From an uncultured virus (IMG/VR IMGVR_UViG_3300028196_001171) (taxonomy: Duplodnaviria; Heunggongvirae; Uroviricota; Caudoviricetes): a DNA stretch of 64,000 bases. Positions 27,359 to 37,721 of the stretch are shown one piece after another (position 1 is the first letter of the stretch; each line of letters starts with the position of its first letter). The DNA lies in IMG/VR virus record IMGVR_UViG_3300028196_001171; one strand, given 5' to 3'. The notes beneath the pieces were generated by a model that worked only from the letters and a program-made list of their open reading frames with translations, searched no databases and was not told the DNA's origin. The translations under genes and the position numbers were made by a program.

Positions 27359-28279
27359 ATGAGACTGCTAAAAAAAGGTGATACGGGCAATGATGTAAAA
27401 ACTTTACAGCAAAAGTTAATGATCTCTCCTGATGGAGTATTTGGACCTAAAACAGAAAAGCATGTAATTAGATTTCAATTATCTCACAGTTTAGCTTCTG
27501 ATGGTATTGTAGGTTCTGATACATGGGCTATTTTACTTCAAAAGGGACCACAAGTAACAGAAGATATTGATGAAGATACTGATTCATCTAAGCAATACTT
27601 TAATACTCCTTTTAATCAGATAATACATAAACATTATCTACCAGAAGGAGAATACTTAAAAGGACCTATTAAGAATGAGTATGTATTTTTACATCACACA
27701 GCAGGTAATGACAATCCTTATAGATGCATTGATCACTGGGGAAGAGATAGCAGAGGGAGAGTAGCTACTGAATTTGTATTAGGTGGAATTAACCATAGAA
27801 ATGGAAATGATGATTATAACGGAGTTATGGTTCAAGCATTTCCTGAAGGATGCCAAGGATGGCACCTTGGAAGAACTGCTTCTGGTTATATGAACCGTCA
27901 TTCTGTAGGATTAGAAATATGTAATATGGGTTATCTTGATAATAATAATAGAACATACGTAAAATCATTGTGTCAAAGAGAACAAGTGATAGGTTTACAA
28001 GAAGCTTTTAAAGGTAAACTATTATGGCATGCATACTCTGAGAAACAAATAAAAGAAACTGAAAAGTGGATTAAGTTTGTTGCTGAAAGAGATCAAATAG
28101 ATATTAGATTAGGTTTAAAACAATATATCAAAAAGTACGGGCCTTCAAAAGGTTTTGATTTTCAGGAAGATGCGTACTATGGTAAGGTAAAAGGATTACT
28201 GACTCACGGAAATGTTAGAAGTGGTAAGTCAGATATATATCCTCATCCTGACATGGTTGATATGATAATGAGTTTATAA
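27359..28279 (+). CDS. N-acetylmuramoyl-L-alanine amidase (endolysin) with N-terminal peptidoglycan-binding domain
   Basis: LKKGDTGNDVKTLQ..DGVFGPKT..DGIVG PG-binding motif; LHHTAG, WHLG, VGLEICN, THGNV..KSD amidase_2 motifs. Confidence 0.88.
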   Translation: MRLLKKGDTGNDVKTLQQKLMISPDGVFGPKTEKHVIRFQLSHSLASDGIVGSDTWAILLQKGPQVTEDIDEDTDSSKQYFNTPFNQIIHKHYLPEGEYLKGPIKNEYVFLHHTAGNDNPYRCIDHWGRDSRGRVATEFVLGGINHRNGNDDYNGVMVQAFPEGCQGWHLGRTASGYMNRHSVGLEICNMGYLDNNNRTYVKSLCQREQVIGLQEAFKGKLLWHAYSEKQIKETEKWIKFVAERDQIDIRLGLKQYIKKYGPSKGFDFQEDAYYGKVKGLLTHGNVRSGKSDIYPHPDMVDMIMSL

Positions 28280-28650
28280 TGGCGTTAGTAAATAAAGTAG
28301 ATTTAAAATTGAAAGTAAGTATTGATTCATCAATAAAGTATCAAATACTTACGTACTGTTTTTTTAATGATATAATAATATCTAATTCAGATATTAAGTT
28401 TTTATGTGAACTAGCAAAGAATAAAGGTGTAGAGCTTACTAAATTCTGTTTGGACCTAGTATCTAAAAATATATTTAAAAGCCCACAATCAGCTAGAAAT
28501 GCAATAACAAAGGCTGAGAAAAAGGGATTACTAATCAAAGATGGTAATAATAAAAAAACAATTTCTTTAAATAAAGATATTAATGTTCAGTCAGAAGGTT
28601 TAGTATTACTTGATTATAAAATCTTAGGCAATGTATCCCAAGTCTCATAA
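28279..28650 (+). CDS. Hypothetical (winged-helix-like) protein
   Basis: SPQSARNAITKAEKKGLLIK. Confidence 0.6.
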   Translation: MALVNKVDLKLKVSIDSSIKYQILTYCFFNDIIISNSDIKFLCELAKNKGVELTKFCLDLVSKNIFKSPQSARNAITKAEKKGLLIKDGNNKKTISLNKDINVQSEGLVLLDYKILGNVSQVS

Positions 28651-28987
28651 AGATTTTAAAAAAGGTATTGCTGAAGAGGTAGGAGTACATGAGCAAGTTG
28701 TAGATGACTTTATTTCTTTTTATTACTCTAAGGTAAGGAAGTCATTATCAGATATATCATTCCCTAGAGTTTATGTGGAAGGATTAGGTACGTTTGAACT
28801 AAGAATAAATAAGTTAGAAAATGCTATCCTCAAAAACAAAAGTCTGTTGGGTAACATAGCTAAAAGAACTTATAATGGATATGCAAAAAGTGAAGATGTA
28901 TCTAAAAAAATAAGACAAATGGAAATAGCAATGGATCAAATACAAAAAGATATTAAAGAAAAAAAGAAGTTTAGAAATGAAAGGTAA
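28631..28987 (+). CDS. HU/IHF-like DNA-binding protein
   Basis: IAEEVGVHEQVVDDFI...RVYVEGLGTFEL. Confidence 0.7.
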   Translation: MYPKSHKDFKKGIAEEVGVHEQVVDDFISFYYSKVRKSLSDISFPRVYVEGLGTFELRINKLENAILKNKSLLGNIAKRTYNGYAKSEDVSKKIRQMEIAMDQIQKDIKEKKKFRNER

Positions 28988-29312
28988 ATGGAGTAAGTAT
29001 CTTGACGTATTTAAAAATGCTGATAAAATTGCAGAAGGAATTAAGAATAGCATTTTTAAAAAAGAGCATGTTGAAGCAGTAGCAACTGATAGATTTCAAA
29101 TATGTGTAAAGTGTTCTTTGTTTGATGCTGGAGGAGATAAATGTATTGCACCAGGTACCCAACCGTGTTGTGGAGATTGTGGATGTAGCTTAAGCTTTAA
29201 AGTAAGATCTTTATCTTCAGAATGCCCTAAAGGATATTGGGATGCATATACAACAGAAGAACAAGAAGAAATAATAACTAAACAAATAGAAGGTGAAGAA
29301 TTTAATAATTAA
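28977..29312 (+). CDS. Cys-rich metal-binding protein (DUF6171-like)
   Basis: RFQICVKC...CCGDCGCSLSFK...ECPKGYW. Confidence 0.65.
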   Translation: MKGKWSKYLDVFKNADKIAEGIKNSIFKKEHVEAVATDRFQICVKCSLFDAGGDKCIAPGTQPCCGDCGCSLSFKVRSLSSECPKGYWDAYTTEEQEEIITKQIEGEEFNN

Positions 29313-29390
29313 CTATGTATACAATGACCATGTTACTAATATTACTATTGGTGAAACAAATTCTTATTGGTATACAACAATAGCATAACT

Positions 29391-30203
29391 ATGGGACTAA
29401 AATTTATAGAAGAAGGACATGTGTATGAAAGCACAACAGAAGAAAAAATAAAATGGACTAGCGTCACTTCTTTGGTGGGTAAATTTAAACCTAAGTTTGA
29501 TAGAGATGGTCAAGCAAAGAAATCATCTAAAAATAAAAGATCTAAGTGGTATGGTATGACTCCAAAAGAAATCATAGCAGCATGGGATGGTGAGACGGAT
29601 AGAGCAATCAAACTAGGTAACTTTTATCATAACCAAAGAGAATCTGATATGTTAGATCTAAATACAATAGGTAGAGAAGGTGTGGAAGTTCCTATCATCA
29701 AACCTATTGTTGATAATAAAGGAACTAAAATAGCACCAGAACAGAAGGTTTCTGATGGTGTATATCCTGAACATTTAGTTTATTTAAAATCATTAGGAGT
29801 TTGTGGTCAAGCTGATTTAGTAGAAATTGTAAATGGTAAAATAAATATTACAGATTACAAGACAAATAAAGAAATAAAAGAGAAAGGATTTACAAACTGG
29901 GAGGGTATAACAAACAAAATGTTTAGACCAGTTAATCATTTAGATGATTGTAATCTTAATCATTATAACTTACAACTCAGTATTTATGCGTATATTATTA
30001 AAAAGCATAACCCTAAACTTAAAGTAGGTAAACTTATTATTCAGCATGTAAAGTTTAAGAAAGTTGGAGAGGATAAAAATGGATATCCTATAAATGAGCA
30101 TGTAAATGGCGAGCCTGTATTAGAAGATATAAAAATTTATGAACTTCCATATTTAAAAGATGAAGTAACATCTTTAATGATGTGGTTAAAAGATAACCAA
30201 TAA
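29391..30203 (+). CDS. PD-(D/E)XK nuclease
   Basis: SVTSLV, GQADLV, ITDYKTNK, HYNLQLSIY. Confidence 0.82.
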   Translation: MGLKFIEEGHVYESTTEEKIKWTSVTSLVGKFKPKFDRDGQAKKSSKNKRSKWYGMTPKEIIAAWDGETDRAIKLGNFYHNQRESDMLDLNTIGREGVEVPIIKPIVDNKGTKIAPEQKVSDGVYPEHLVYLKSLGVCGQADLVEIVNGKINITDYKTNKEIKEKGFTNWEGITNKMFRPVNHLDDCNLNHYNLQLSIYAYIIKKHNPKLKVGKLIIQHVKFKKVGEDKNGYPINEHVNGEPVLEDIKIYELPYLKDEVTSLMMWLKDNQ

Positions 30204-30457
30204 TGAAAGAGTATATAGCAGCAGTAGAAGTGCAATCTAGAAAATCAAAAGTACCTACAGATTTTAGATTTGAAGAAACAAAAATACGTATTGATCTTAA
30301 TAAAATAGTATGGTTTAAAGAGTACTTTCACGTAGCAACAAATAAGTTTCAAGACTCACACACTGAAGTATTATTATTTGGTCAAAGTAAACCAATAATT
30401 TTAGTGATTGGTTACAACAAATTATGGGAAGATATAATTAAATCTAAAGAAGTATGA
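30203..30457 (+). CDS. Hypothetical protein
   Basis: 84-aa ORF. Confidence 0.65.
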   Translation: MKEYIAAVEVQSRKSKVPTDFRFEETKIRIDLNKIVWFKEYFHVATNKFQDSHTEVLLFGQSKPIILVIGYNKLWEDIIKSKEV

Positions 30458-30972
30458 TAGTAAAATTATTTGATATACAAAATAGCAAGTTAGTTGTAAC
30501 AGAGCATTGTTATGCACTTCCATTTCTTAAAAGTATTATGGATGAGTATCCTGATAGTTACATTAAAGTATATCAGTATATATTTTATTTAAGTTGTCCT
30601 GATCCAGATCTAAATCCATTTTTTAATTTACCTGAACATGAAAAGGAAGATATTATTATAGATGAGATTGAACTAGAAGAATCTCCAGAAGATGGTAAGA
30701 TAAGGTATGCGTTAGACATGTGTAAAAAGCTATATGAAACTCCCACATACAGAGCTTACGTGGGTATTAAGGCCATGTTAGACAGACTTGCACGTTATAT
30801 GGAGGTTACCCCTATAGAACATGGTAGAGATGGTAATATGAACTCTATGATTAATGCAGCAGCTAAATTTGAGAATATAAGACAATCATATAAAGGAGCA
30901 TATACTGATATGAAACAAGAACAGGAAAGCTCAGTAAGAGGGGGTGCAGGTCTTGCTTATGATCAACTCTAA
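30454..30972 (+). CDS. Hypothetical protein upstream of terminase (possible small terminase)
   Basis: Position only; 172 aa, helical. Confidence 0.5.
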   Translation: MIVKLFDIQNSKLVVTEHCYALPFLKSIMDEYPDSYIKVYQYIFYLSCPDPDLNPFFNLPEHEKEDIIIDEIELEESPEDGKIRYALDMCKKLYETPTYRAYVGIKAMLDRLARYMEVTPIEHGRDGNMNSMINAAAKFENIRQSYKGAYTDMKQEQESSVRGGAGLAYDQL

Positions 30973-31037
30973 AAAAGAAACCCAATACATTTTTTGTTAT
31001 TGGGATGAACCAATTAATAATCAAATAAAAATCAAAG

Positions 31038-31316
31038 ATGAAAAAACAAGTAGTAATTCCAGTAGGCAAAAGGTTACTGATAAAAAGAAAAGCGGCAGTA
31101 ACAAAGACAGCATCAGGTCTAATAATACCTGAGATAGCACAAAAGAGAGAGTTTAAAGGAACTGTTGTTGGTGTAGGTGCTGATGTTGCAGAAATTAAAA
31201 TAGGTGATGAGGTACAATATGCTGATCATGCTATGCCTACCCCAATGGAACATGATGGACAAGAGCATTTATTATTGCAATCTGGTGATGTGTTTGCAAT
31301 TATAAGATATGAGTAG
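31038..31316 (+). CDS. groES: Co-chaperonin GroES
   Basis: PVGKRLLIK...KTASGLIIP...GTVVGVG...IGDEVQY. Confidence 0.9.
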   Translation: MKKQVVIPVGKRLLIKRKAAVTKTASGLIIPEIAQKREFKGTVVGVGADVAEIKIGDEVQYADHAMPTPMEHDGQEHLLLQSGDVFAIIRYE

Positions 31317-33501
31317 AACTATACCTACATATGATTCAGGTAATTGGTCTGTAACAGAGTTTGAGAATGATTCTGATTTTCAGGAATACATATACTCTTT
31401 ATTCAAGGAGCCGGGTGAATATGAATTTGATGAAACAAGTTATATATTCAATGAAGAAGCTAAAAGATTTAATAAAGAAGGTTTATATTGTAGTTCTCCT
31501 TTTAGATCAAAAGACTTCATGTATTATTGGGATGATCAGAAGAACAAATGTAGGGAAGGTGTAATTTACAAGAATAAAGATAAGACTTGGTATTTAACTA
31601 GGGATTATTATATGTGGTTAAATTTTCTACCAATATTTGATAAAGAAGAAAAAAAATATGGTTTTGCTAAAGTTAGAGATGCACAATATCATATGGCTTT
31701 GTATGAACTATTAGCAGAGCTAAACAATCAACATTCAGCAATATTAAAAAAACGTCAGATTGCTTCTTCTTATTTCCATATGGGTAAGATAATTAATACG
31801 TACTGGTTTGAAGAAGGTAGTACGTGTAAAATTGGAGCATCATTAAAAGATTATATTAATGATAAAGGTTCCTGGAAATTTCTAGAAGAATACAAAACCT
31901 TCTTAAACGAACATACAGCTTGGTATAGACCTAGTAATCCTGAGAAAGTATTATTATGGCAACAGCAGATAGAAGTTAAGGTAGGAAACAGAAAAACTTC
32001 ACGTGGTTTAAAATCTAAAATACAAGGTGCATCATTTGAGAAAAATGCAACAACTGGTGTAGGTGGACCATGTTCATACTTCTTTCATGAAGAGGCAGGT
32101 ATAGCACCAAAGATGATGCAAACTTATGAGTACCTACGCCCTGCAATGTCTTCAGGTATGGTTACTACAGGAATGTTTATTGCAGCAGGGTCAGTTGGTG
32201 ATTTGGAACAATGTAATCCTTTAAAGGATATGATACTTAATCCAAATGCTAATGATATATATGCTGTAGAGACTAACCTTATGGATGCAGAAGGCACAAT
32301 AGGGATGGCTGGTTTATTTATACCAGAACAATGGTCTATGCCTCCATATATTGATGCTTATGGAAACTCAGAAATAGAGGAAGCAGTTATAGCTATAGAC
32401 AATGAAAGAGCAAGATGGAAGTCTGAATTAGGACCTGAACAGTTTCAATTAAGAATATCTCAGAAACCAAAAAATATAGCTGAAGCTTTTGCATATAGAA
32501 AAGCATCAGTTTTTCCACAAGGTATATTGTCAAAACAATTAAAAAAGATTGAAGAAAAAGAATATTCCTATGAACTATTAGATCTTGAAAAAGAACAAGA
32601 TGGTATTGTAGCAAAACGTACAACTAAATTACCTATATCTGAGTTTCCAGTTAAGAAAAAACAAACAGATAAAACTGGATCTATAGTTGTGTGGGAAAGA
32701 CCTGCTAAGAAAAAACCAGACTTTGGAGCATATTATGCTTCTATTGATCCCGTGTCAGAAGGTAAAACAACAACTTCTGATTCTTTATGTAGTATATATG
32801 TTTACAAAAATGCTACTGAAGTTACTAGAACAACTGTTTCTGGAGACATAGAACAGTTTATAGAAAAAGATAAAATTGTAGCAGCATGGTGTGGAAGATT
32901 TGATGATATAAATAAAACACATCAAAGGCTAGAATTAATAATAGAATGGTATAATGCATGGACCATTGTTGAGAATAATATATCATTGTTTATTCAACAT
33001 ATGATTGCTAGAAAAAAACAAAGATACCTTGTACCTAAACAACAAATACTTTTCTTAAAAGATCTTGGTTCTAATAGAACAGTTTATCAAGAGTATGGAT
33101 GGAAGAATACAGGTACTTTATTTAAAAGTCATTTGATATCATATGCAATTGAATTTATAAGAGAGGTTATAGATGAGGAATTAGATGATGATGGTGGTGT
33201 AATGAATCAAACATTAGGTATAGAAAGAATACCAGATCCTATGCTAATTAAAGAAATGTCTGCATATTACCCTGGACTTAACGTGGATAGATTAGTTACG
33301 TTTGGTGCACTTATTGCTTTTGCCAAAATACAACAATCAAATAGAGGTTATACTAAAAGACGTGAATCAGAAGGAGAATCTTTGGTAAATTCAGAAAAAA
33401 TAAGTAAATTAAAGTATACCAGTGCGTTTAAAAATATAGGCCGTAGTAGATCTGGCTTAGGTGGTAATAGAAGACGCTCAGGTTTTAAGAATATTAAATA
33501 G
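31309..33501 (+). CDS. terL: Terminase large subunit
   Basis: LKKRQIASS Walker A-like, FHEEAG Walker B, nuclease SIDP; position before portal. Confidence 0.9.
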   Translation: MSRTIPTYDSGNWSVTEFENDSDFQEYIYSLFKEPGEYEFDETSYIFNEEAKRFNKEGLYCSSPFRSKDFMYYWDDQKNKCREGVIYKNKDKTWYLTRDYYMWLNFLPIFDKEEKKYGFAKVRDAQYHMALYELLAELNNQHSAILKKRQIASSYFHMGKIINTYWFEEGSTCKIGASLKDYINDKGSWKFLEEYKTFLNEHTAWYRPSNPEKVLLWQQQIEVKVGNRKTSRGLKSKIQGASFEKNATTGVGGPCSYFFHEEAGIAPKMMQTYEYLRPAMSSGMVTTGMFIAAGSVGDLEQCNPLKDMILNPNANDIYAVETNLMDAEGTIGMAGLFIPEQWSMPPYIDAYGNSEIEEAVIAIDNERARWKSELGPEQFQLRISQKPKNIAEAFAYRKASVFPQGILSKQLKKIEEKEYSYELLDLEKEQDGIVAKRTTKLPISEFPVKKKQTDKTGSIVVWERPAKKKPDFGAYYASIDPVSEGKTTTSDSLCSIYVYKNATEVTRTTVSGDIEQFIEKDKIVAAWCGRFDDINKTHQRLELIIEWYNAWTIVENNISLFIQHMIARKKQRYLVPKQQILFLKDLGSNRTVYQEYGWKNTGTLFKSHLISYAIEFIREVIDEELDDDGGVMNQTLGIERIPDPMLIKEMSAYYPGLNVDRLVTFGALIAFAKIQQSNRGYTKRRESEGESLVNSEKISKLKYTSAFKNIGRSRSGLGGNRRRSGFKNIK

Positions 33502-33508
33502 AATCTAG

Positions 33509-36268
33509 ATGAGAGTATTAAATGCAATGCAACTTAAGAACGGTGCTAAGGCAGAAAGTGGACCAACATTTTCTAGTTTAACGCAACCTACACAGTTTTT
33601 AACATATAAAAAGAAAACTGATGATTGGGCTGCATGGAATTTAGATTGGCTTGAATTGCAGGGTATAGAATTTTTACGTATCAATTCTAGACGCTTACTT
33701 AAAAACTATAAGCTTGCTAAAGGTATTATTGATAAAACAGATTATATTGTAGAGCCAGATAATGACTATAAAGATATGATGGATGTTTTAACTGCTGAGA
33801 ATGAGTCAGCATTGGAATTAAAATTTTATCCAATTGTACCCAATGTAATAAACGTTCTTACAGGTGAGTTTGCTAAAAGATATTCTAAAGTACAATTTAG
33901 AGCTGTTGATGATACATCTTATAATGAAATGCTTGAGCAAAAAAGAGTTCAAATTGAAGAAACATTACTTGCTGAAGCAGAGACTAATTTAGTTTTGAAG
34001 ATGGTAGAAATGGGTATGGACCCAAGTTCTAAAGAAGCACAGCAACAACTTAATCCTGAAACATTAAAAACTTTACCAGAGATAGAAGACTTTTTTAGTA
34101 AGTCATATAGAAGTATGGTTGAAGAATGGGCATCACATCAATTAAATGTAGATGAGGAGAGATTCAAAATGCAGGAGTTAGAAGAAAGAGGCTTTAGAGA
34201 TATGCTAATTTCTGACAGAGAGTTTTGGCATTTCCGTATGTTAGAGGATGATTATGATGTTGAGCTATGGAACCCTGTATTAACATTTTATCAAAAATCA
34301 CCTGATCAAAGATATATATCAGATTCAAATTATGTAGGTAAAATAGATTTGATGACTGTATCTGATGTTGTTGATAAGTATGGATACTTAATGGATGAAA
34401 GACAATTAACGTCTTTACAAAAGATTTATCCTGCAAGATCAGCACAATATCAGGTTAATGGATATCAAAATGATGGATCATATTATGATGCTACAAGATC
34501 TCATGAGTGGAATACTCAAATGCCCGGTCTAGCATACAGACAATACACTAGTAATTATTGGAATGACCCAGCAACAGGTGGGGATATTATAAGTGAAATA
34601 CTAGATCAGAGTGAAGACATGACTCCATTAGATGAAGGAAATTTAATGAGAGTATCAACTATCTATTGGAAGACTCAAAGAAGAATAGGTCATTTAACTA
34701 AAATAGAATTAGATGGTTCTGTTACACAAGAGATAATAGATGAGACATTTAAGATAACTGAGAAAGCTGTATATGATACATCAATATTCAAAAACAAATC
34801 TAAAGAGAATCTTTTACAAGGTGAGCATATAGATTGGATATGGATTAATGAAGTATGGGGTGGTGTTAAGATAGGTCCAAATTTACCAGCAATGTGGAGA
34901 TCAACAATGGGTGATAATATAAATCCTATTTATGTTGGTATTAATAGAACTAAACCTGGAAGAATACCTTTTCAATTTAAAGGTAATAACACACTATATG
35001 GTTGCAAACTTCCTGTAGAAGGAAGAGTTTTTTCAGACAGAAATACAAAGTCTACTTCTTTGGTAGATTTAATGAAAGCGTATCAAGTTGGATATAATAT
35101 GGTTAATAACCAAATTGCTGACATTCTAATAGATGAATTAGGAACAGTAATAATGTTTGATCAGAATGCTTTACCACGTCACTCTATGGGTGAAGACTGG
35201 GGCAAGAACAATTATGCAAAAGCATACGTAGCAATGAAAGATTTTCAAATGCTACCTCTTGATACATCTATTACTAATACTGAGAATGCAACTAACTTTA
35301 ATCACTATCAAACTCTAAACATGGAGCAGACTAGTAGATTAATGTCTAGAATTCAACTTGCAAATTATTTTAAACAACAATGTTTTGATGCAATAGGTAT
35401 TAACCCACAGCGTCTAGGAGGTGCTGTATCAGCACAAACAGCAACAGGTGTAGTTCAGGCTATGCAACAATCATATGCACAAACAGAAATGTACTTTGTA
35501 CAACACTCAGATCAGTTGATGCCAAGAGTACATCAAATGAGAACTGACTTAGCTCAGTATTATCAAAGCACAAACCCTAGCGTAAGATTAAGTTATATTT
35601 CATCAGAAGCAGAGAAAGTTAACTTTTCAATAAATGGAACTGACTTATTGCTAAGAGACTTTAATATTTTTGCTACAACTAAAACAAATCATAGAGCTAT
35701 CTTGGAAAGTCTTAAACAGATGGCACTACAAAATAATACTACAGGTGCAAGCATTTATGAATTAGGTAATATTGTTAAAGCTGACTCAATAGCTGAAGTA
35801 ACAGATATCTTAAAAGATTCACAAGAGCGTGTTGAAAAACAAAGAATGCAAGAAATGCAACAACAGCAAGAAATGCAACAGCAACAAATCCAAGCTAAAC
35901 AACAAGAAGAACAAATGAAACTTCAAGTTGAAATGGAAGAAAATGATAAAGACAGAAAGAATGATGTTTTATTAGCAGAAATAAGATCTGCAGGTTATGG
36001 GTCAATGGTTGATATAAATGAAAATAAACAATCTGATTATCAAGATGCTATGAAAGATATCAGAGAATCACAGAAGTATCAAGATCAAATGAATCTTAAG
36101 CGTGAAGAAAATGTTGCTAAATCAGGAATGGAAAAAAATAGATTGCAAGTTGAAAGAGAAAAAATTGCTGCCCAAAAAAGTATAGCACAGACTAAACTTG
36201 ATATAGCTAAAGAGAATAAAAACAAATATGATCTACCCTCAGCTAAAGAAAAGAAAGATAAAAAATAA
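33509..36268 (+). CDS. Portal protein (crAss-like)
   Basis: 919 aa after TerL; YPIVPNVINVLTGE, GINPQRLG, Q-rich coiled-coil C-terminus. Confidence 0.85.
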   Translation: MRVLNAMQLKNGAKAESGPTFSSLTQPTQFLTYKKKTDDWAAWNLDWLELQGIEFLRINSRRLLKNYKLAKGIIDKTDYIVEPDNDYKDMMDVLTAENESALELKFYPIVPNVINVLTGEFAKRYSKVQFRAVDDTSYNEMLEQKRVQIEETLLAEAETNLVLKMVEMGMDPSSKEAQQQLNPETLKTLPEIEDFFSKSYRSMVEEWASHQLNVDEERFKMQELEERGFRDMLISDREFWHFRMLEDDYDVELWNPVLTFYQKSPDQRYISDSNYVGKIDLMTVSDVVDKYGYLMDERQLTSLQKIYPARSAQYQVNGYQNDGSYYDATRSHEWNTQMPGLAYRQYTSNYWNDPATGGDIISEILDQSEDMTPLDEGNLMRVSTIYWKTQRRIGHLTKIELDGSVTQEIIDETFKITEKAVYDTSIFKNKSKENLLQGEHIDWIWINEVWGGVKIGPNLPAMWRSTMGDNINPIYVGINRTKPGRIPFQFKGNNTLYGCKLPVEGRVFSDRNTKSTSLVDLMKAYQVGYNMVNNQIADILIDELGTVIMFDQNALPRHSMGEDWGKNNYAKAYVAMKDFQMLPLDTSITNTENATNFNHYQTLNMEQTSRLMSRIQLANYFKQQCFDAIGINPQRLGGAVSAQTATGVVQAMQQSYAQTEMYFVQHSDQLMPRVHQMRTDLAQYYQSTNPSVRLSYISSEAEKVNFSINGTDLLLRDFNIFATTKTNHRAILESLKQMALQNNTTGASIYELGNIVKADSIAEVTDILKDSQERVEKQRMQEMQQQQEMQQQQIQAKQQEEQMKLQVEMEENDKDRKNDVLLAEIRSAGYGSMVDINENKQSDYQDAMKDIRESQKYQDQMNLKREENVAKSGMEKNRLQVEREKIAAQKSIAQTKLDIAKENKNKYDLPSAKEKKDKK

Positions 36269-36338
36269 GTGTTAGCTATATACTGCAAAAAACTTTTTAA
36301 ATTTTCAAATATTATAAGTTTATTATAAAAGTTTATTC

Positions 36339-36357
36339 TTATATTATATATGTATAG
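36339..36357 (+). promoter_or_regulatory. Putative late promoter motif
   Basis: TTATATTATATATGTATAG, one of six or seven similar intergenic copies. Confidence 0.5.
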
Positions 36358-36386
36358 AAAGTTTAATATTAAAACCAACAAATATT

Positions 36387-37670
36387 ATGAGTACTGAAAC
36401 AACAACAGAAAGTAAAACTGTGAATAGTAAAGTAGAGCAAGTAGACATAAACTTAGATGAAATTTTTGCAGCAGCCCCAAGTGCAGCAGATGTAACTTTA
36501 CCTGAAGAGAAACCTGCAAAAAGCATTTTTTCAAGAGGTGAAAAAGCTGATATGTCATTTGCTGATCCGGATCTAACAGACACGGATGACTTAAACGTTA
36601 AAGTAGAAGAAAAAGCAGAAGTAGAAGATATTACTGATGACGTTAAGGAAGAAGTAAACATTGATGATGTTATTAATTCAATAGATGAGATAACTGAAGA
36701 AGATGAAAATAAAGAAACTAGAGGTAGAAAAAAGATCTCAGGAATAACCGATGTATTTTCAAAACTTATCAAAGATGATAAGATAGTTCCTTTTGATGAT
36801 GATAAAGAATTAGAAGATTATACTGCAAAAGACTGGGAAGAGTTAATTCAAGCAAACCTTGAAGAAAAGGCTAATCAAGTTAGGAGAGAAACTCCAAAAC
36901 AATTTTTTGATAGTCTACCACAAGAATTACAAATAGCAGCACGCTATGTAGCAGATGGTGGTCAAGATATGAAAGGTTTATTTGCAACCTTAGCTAGTGT
37001 TGAAGAAAACAGACAGCTAAGTACTAAAAATGAAAAAGACCAAGAAAGAATTATTACTGAGTATTTATCTGCAACAGGGTATGGTAACTCAGAAGAGATT
37101 GCTGAAGAAATTGAAATCTGGAAAGATTTAGGTAAGCTTGAATCACAAGCTAATAAGTTTAAGCCTAAGTTAGATAAGATGCAAGAAAAAATTGTAGCAA
37201 GAAAACTTCAAGAACAACAGTTAAAGAAGAAGCAACAAGAGCAAGCATCTCAACAATACATGAAAAATGTATATGAAACATTAAAATCAGGTAGCATAGG
37301 AGAAATTAAACTTGATAAGAAAACACAAGCCATGATATATAATGGTTTGGTACAACCTTCTTATCCTTCTGTTAGTGGTAAGAATACTAACTTACTTGGA
37401 CATTTATTAGAAAAATATCAATTTGTTGAGCCAAACTATGGTTTAATATCTGAGGCATTATGGTTATTGCAAGATCCAGATGGATACAAAGCAAAGATCA
37501 TGGATAAAGGTGCACAGAAAACTATAGAAAGTACGGTAAGAAAACTTAAGACTGAACAATCTAATGCTGGTGGATCTACATCTTTAGGAGTTAAAGATCA
37601 AGAACCAACCACTCAAAGAACAGCTAAGAGAAAAATACCAAGAGCTAACAACATATTTAAACGAATTTAA
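36387..37670 (+). CDS. Putative capsid scaffolding protein
   Basis: Acidic N-half and coiled coil; lies between portal and MCP. Confidence 0.65.
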   Translation: MSTETTTESKTVNSKVEQVDINLDEIFAAAPSAADVTLPEEKPAKSIFSRGEKADMSFADPDLTDTDDLNVKVEEKAEVEDITDDVKEEVNIDDVINSIDEITEEDENKETRGRKKISGITDVFSKLIKDDKIVPFDDDKELEDYTAKDWEELIQANLEEKANQVRRETPKQFFDSLPQELQIAARYVADGGQDMKGLFATLASVEENRQLSTKNEKDQERIITEYLSATGYGNSEEIAEEIEIWKDLGKLESQANKFKPKLDKMQEKIVARKLQEQQLKKKQQEQASQQYMKNVYETLKSGSIGEIKLDKKTQAMIYNGLVQPSYPSVSGKNTNLLGHLLEKYQFVEPNYGLISEALWLLQDPDGYKAKIMDKGAQKTIESTVRKLKTEQSNAGGSTSLGVKDQEPTTQRTAKRKIPRANNIFKRI

Positions 37671-37721
37671 TTAAGTAAATTAAATATAAACAATAATTAT
37701 TAATCAAAAACAATCAAAATT

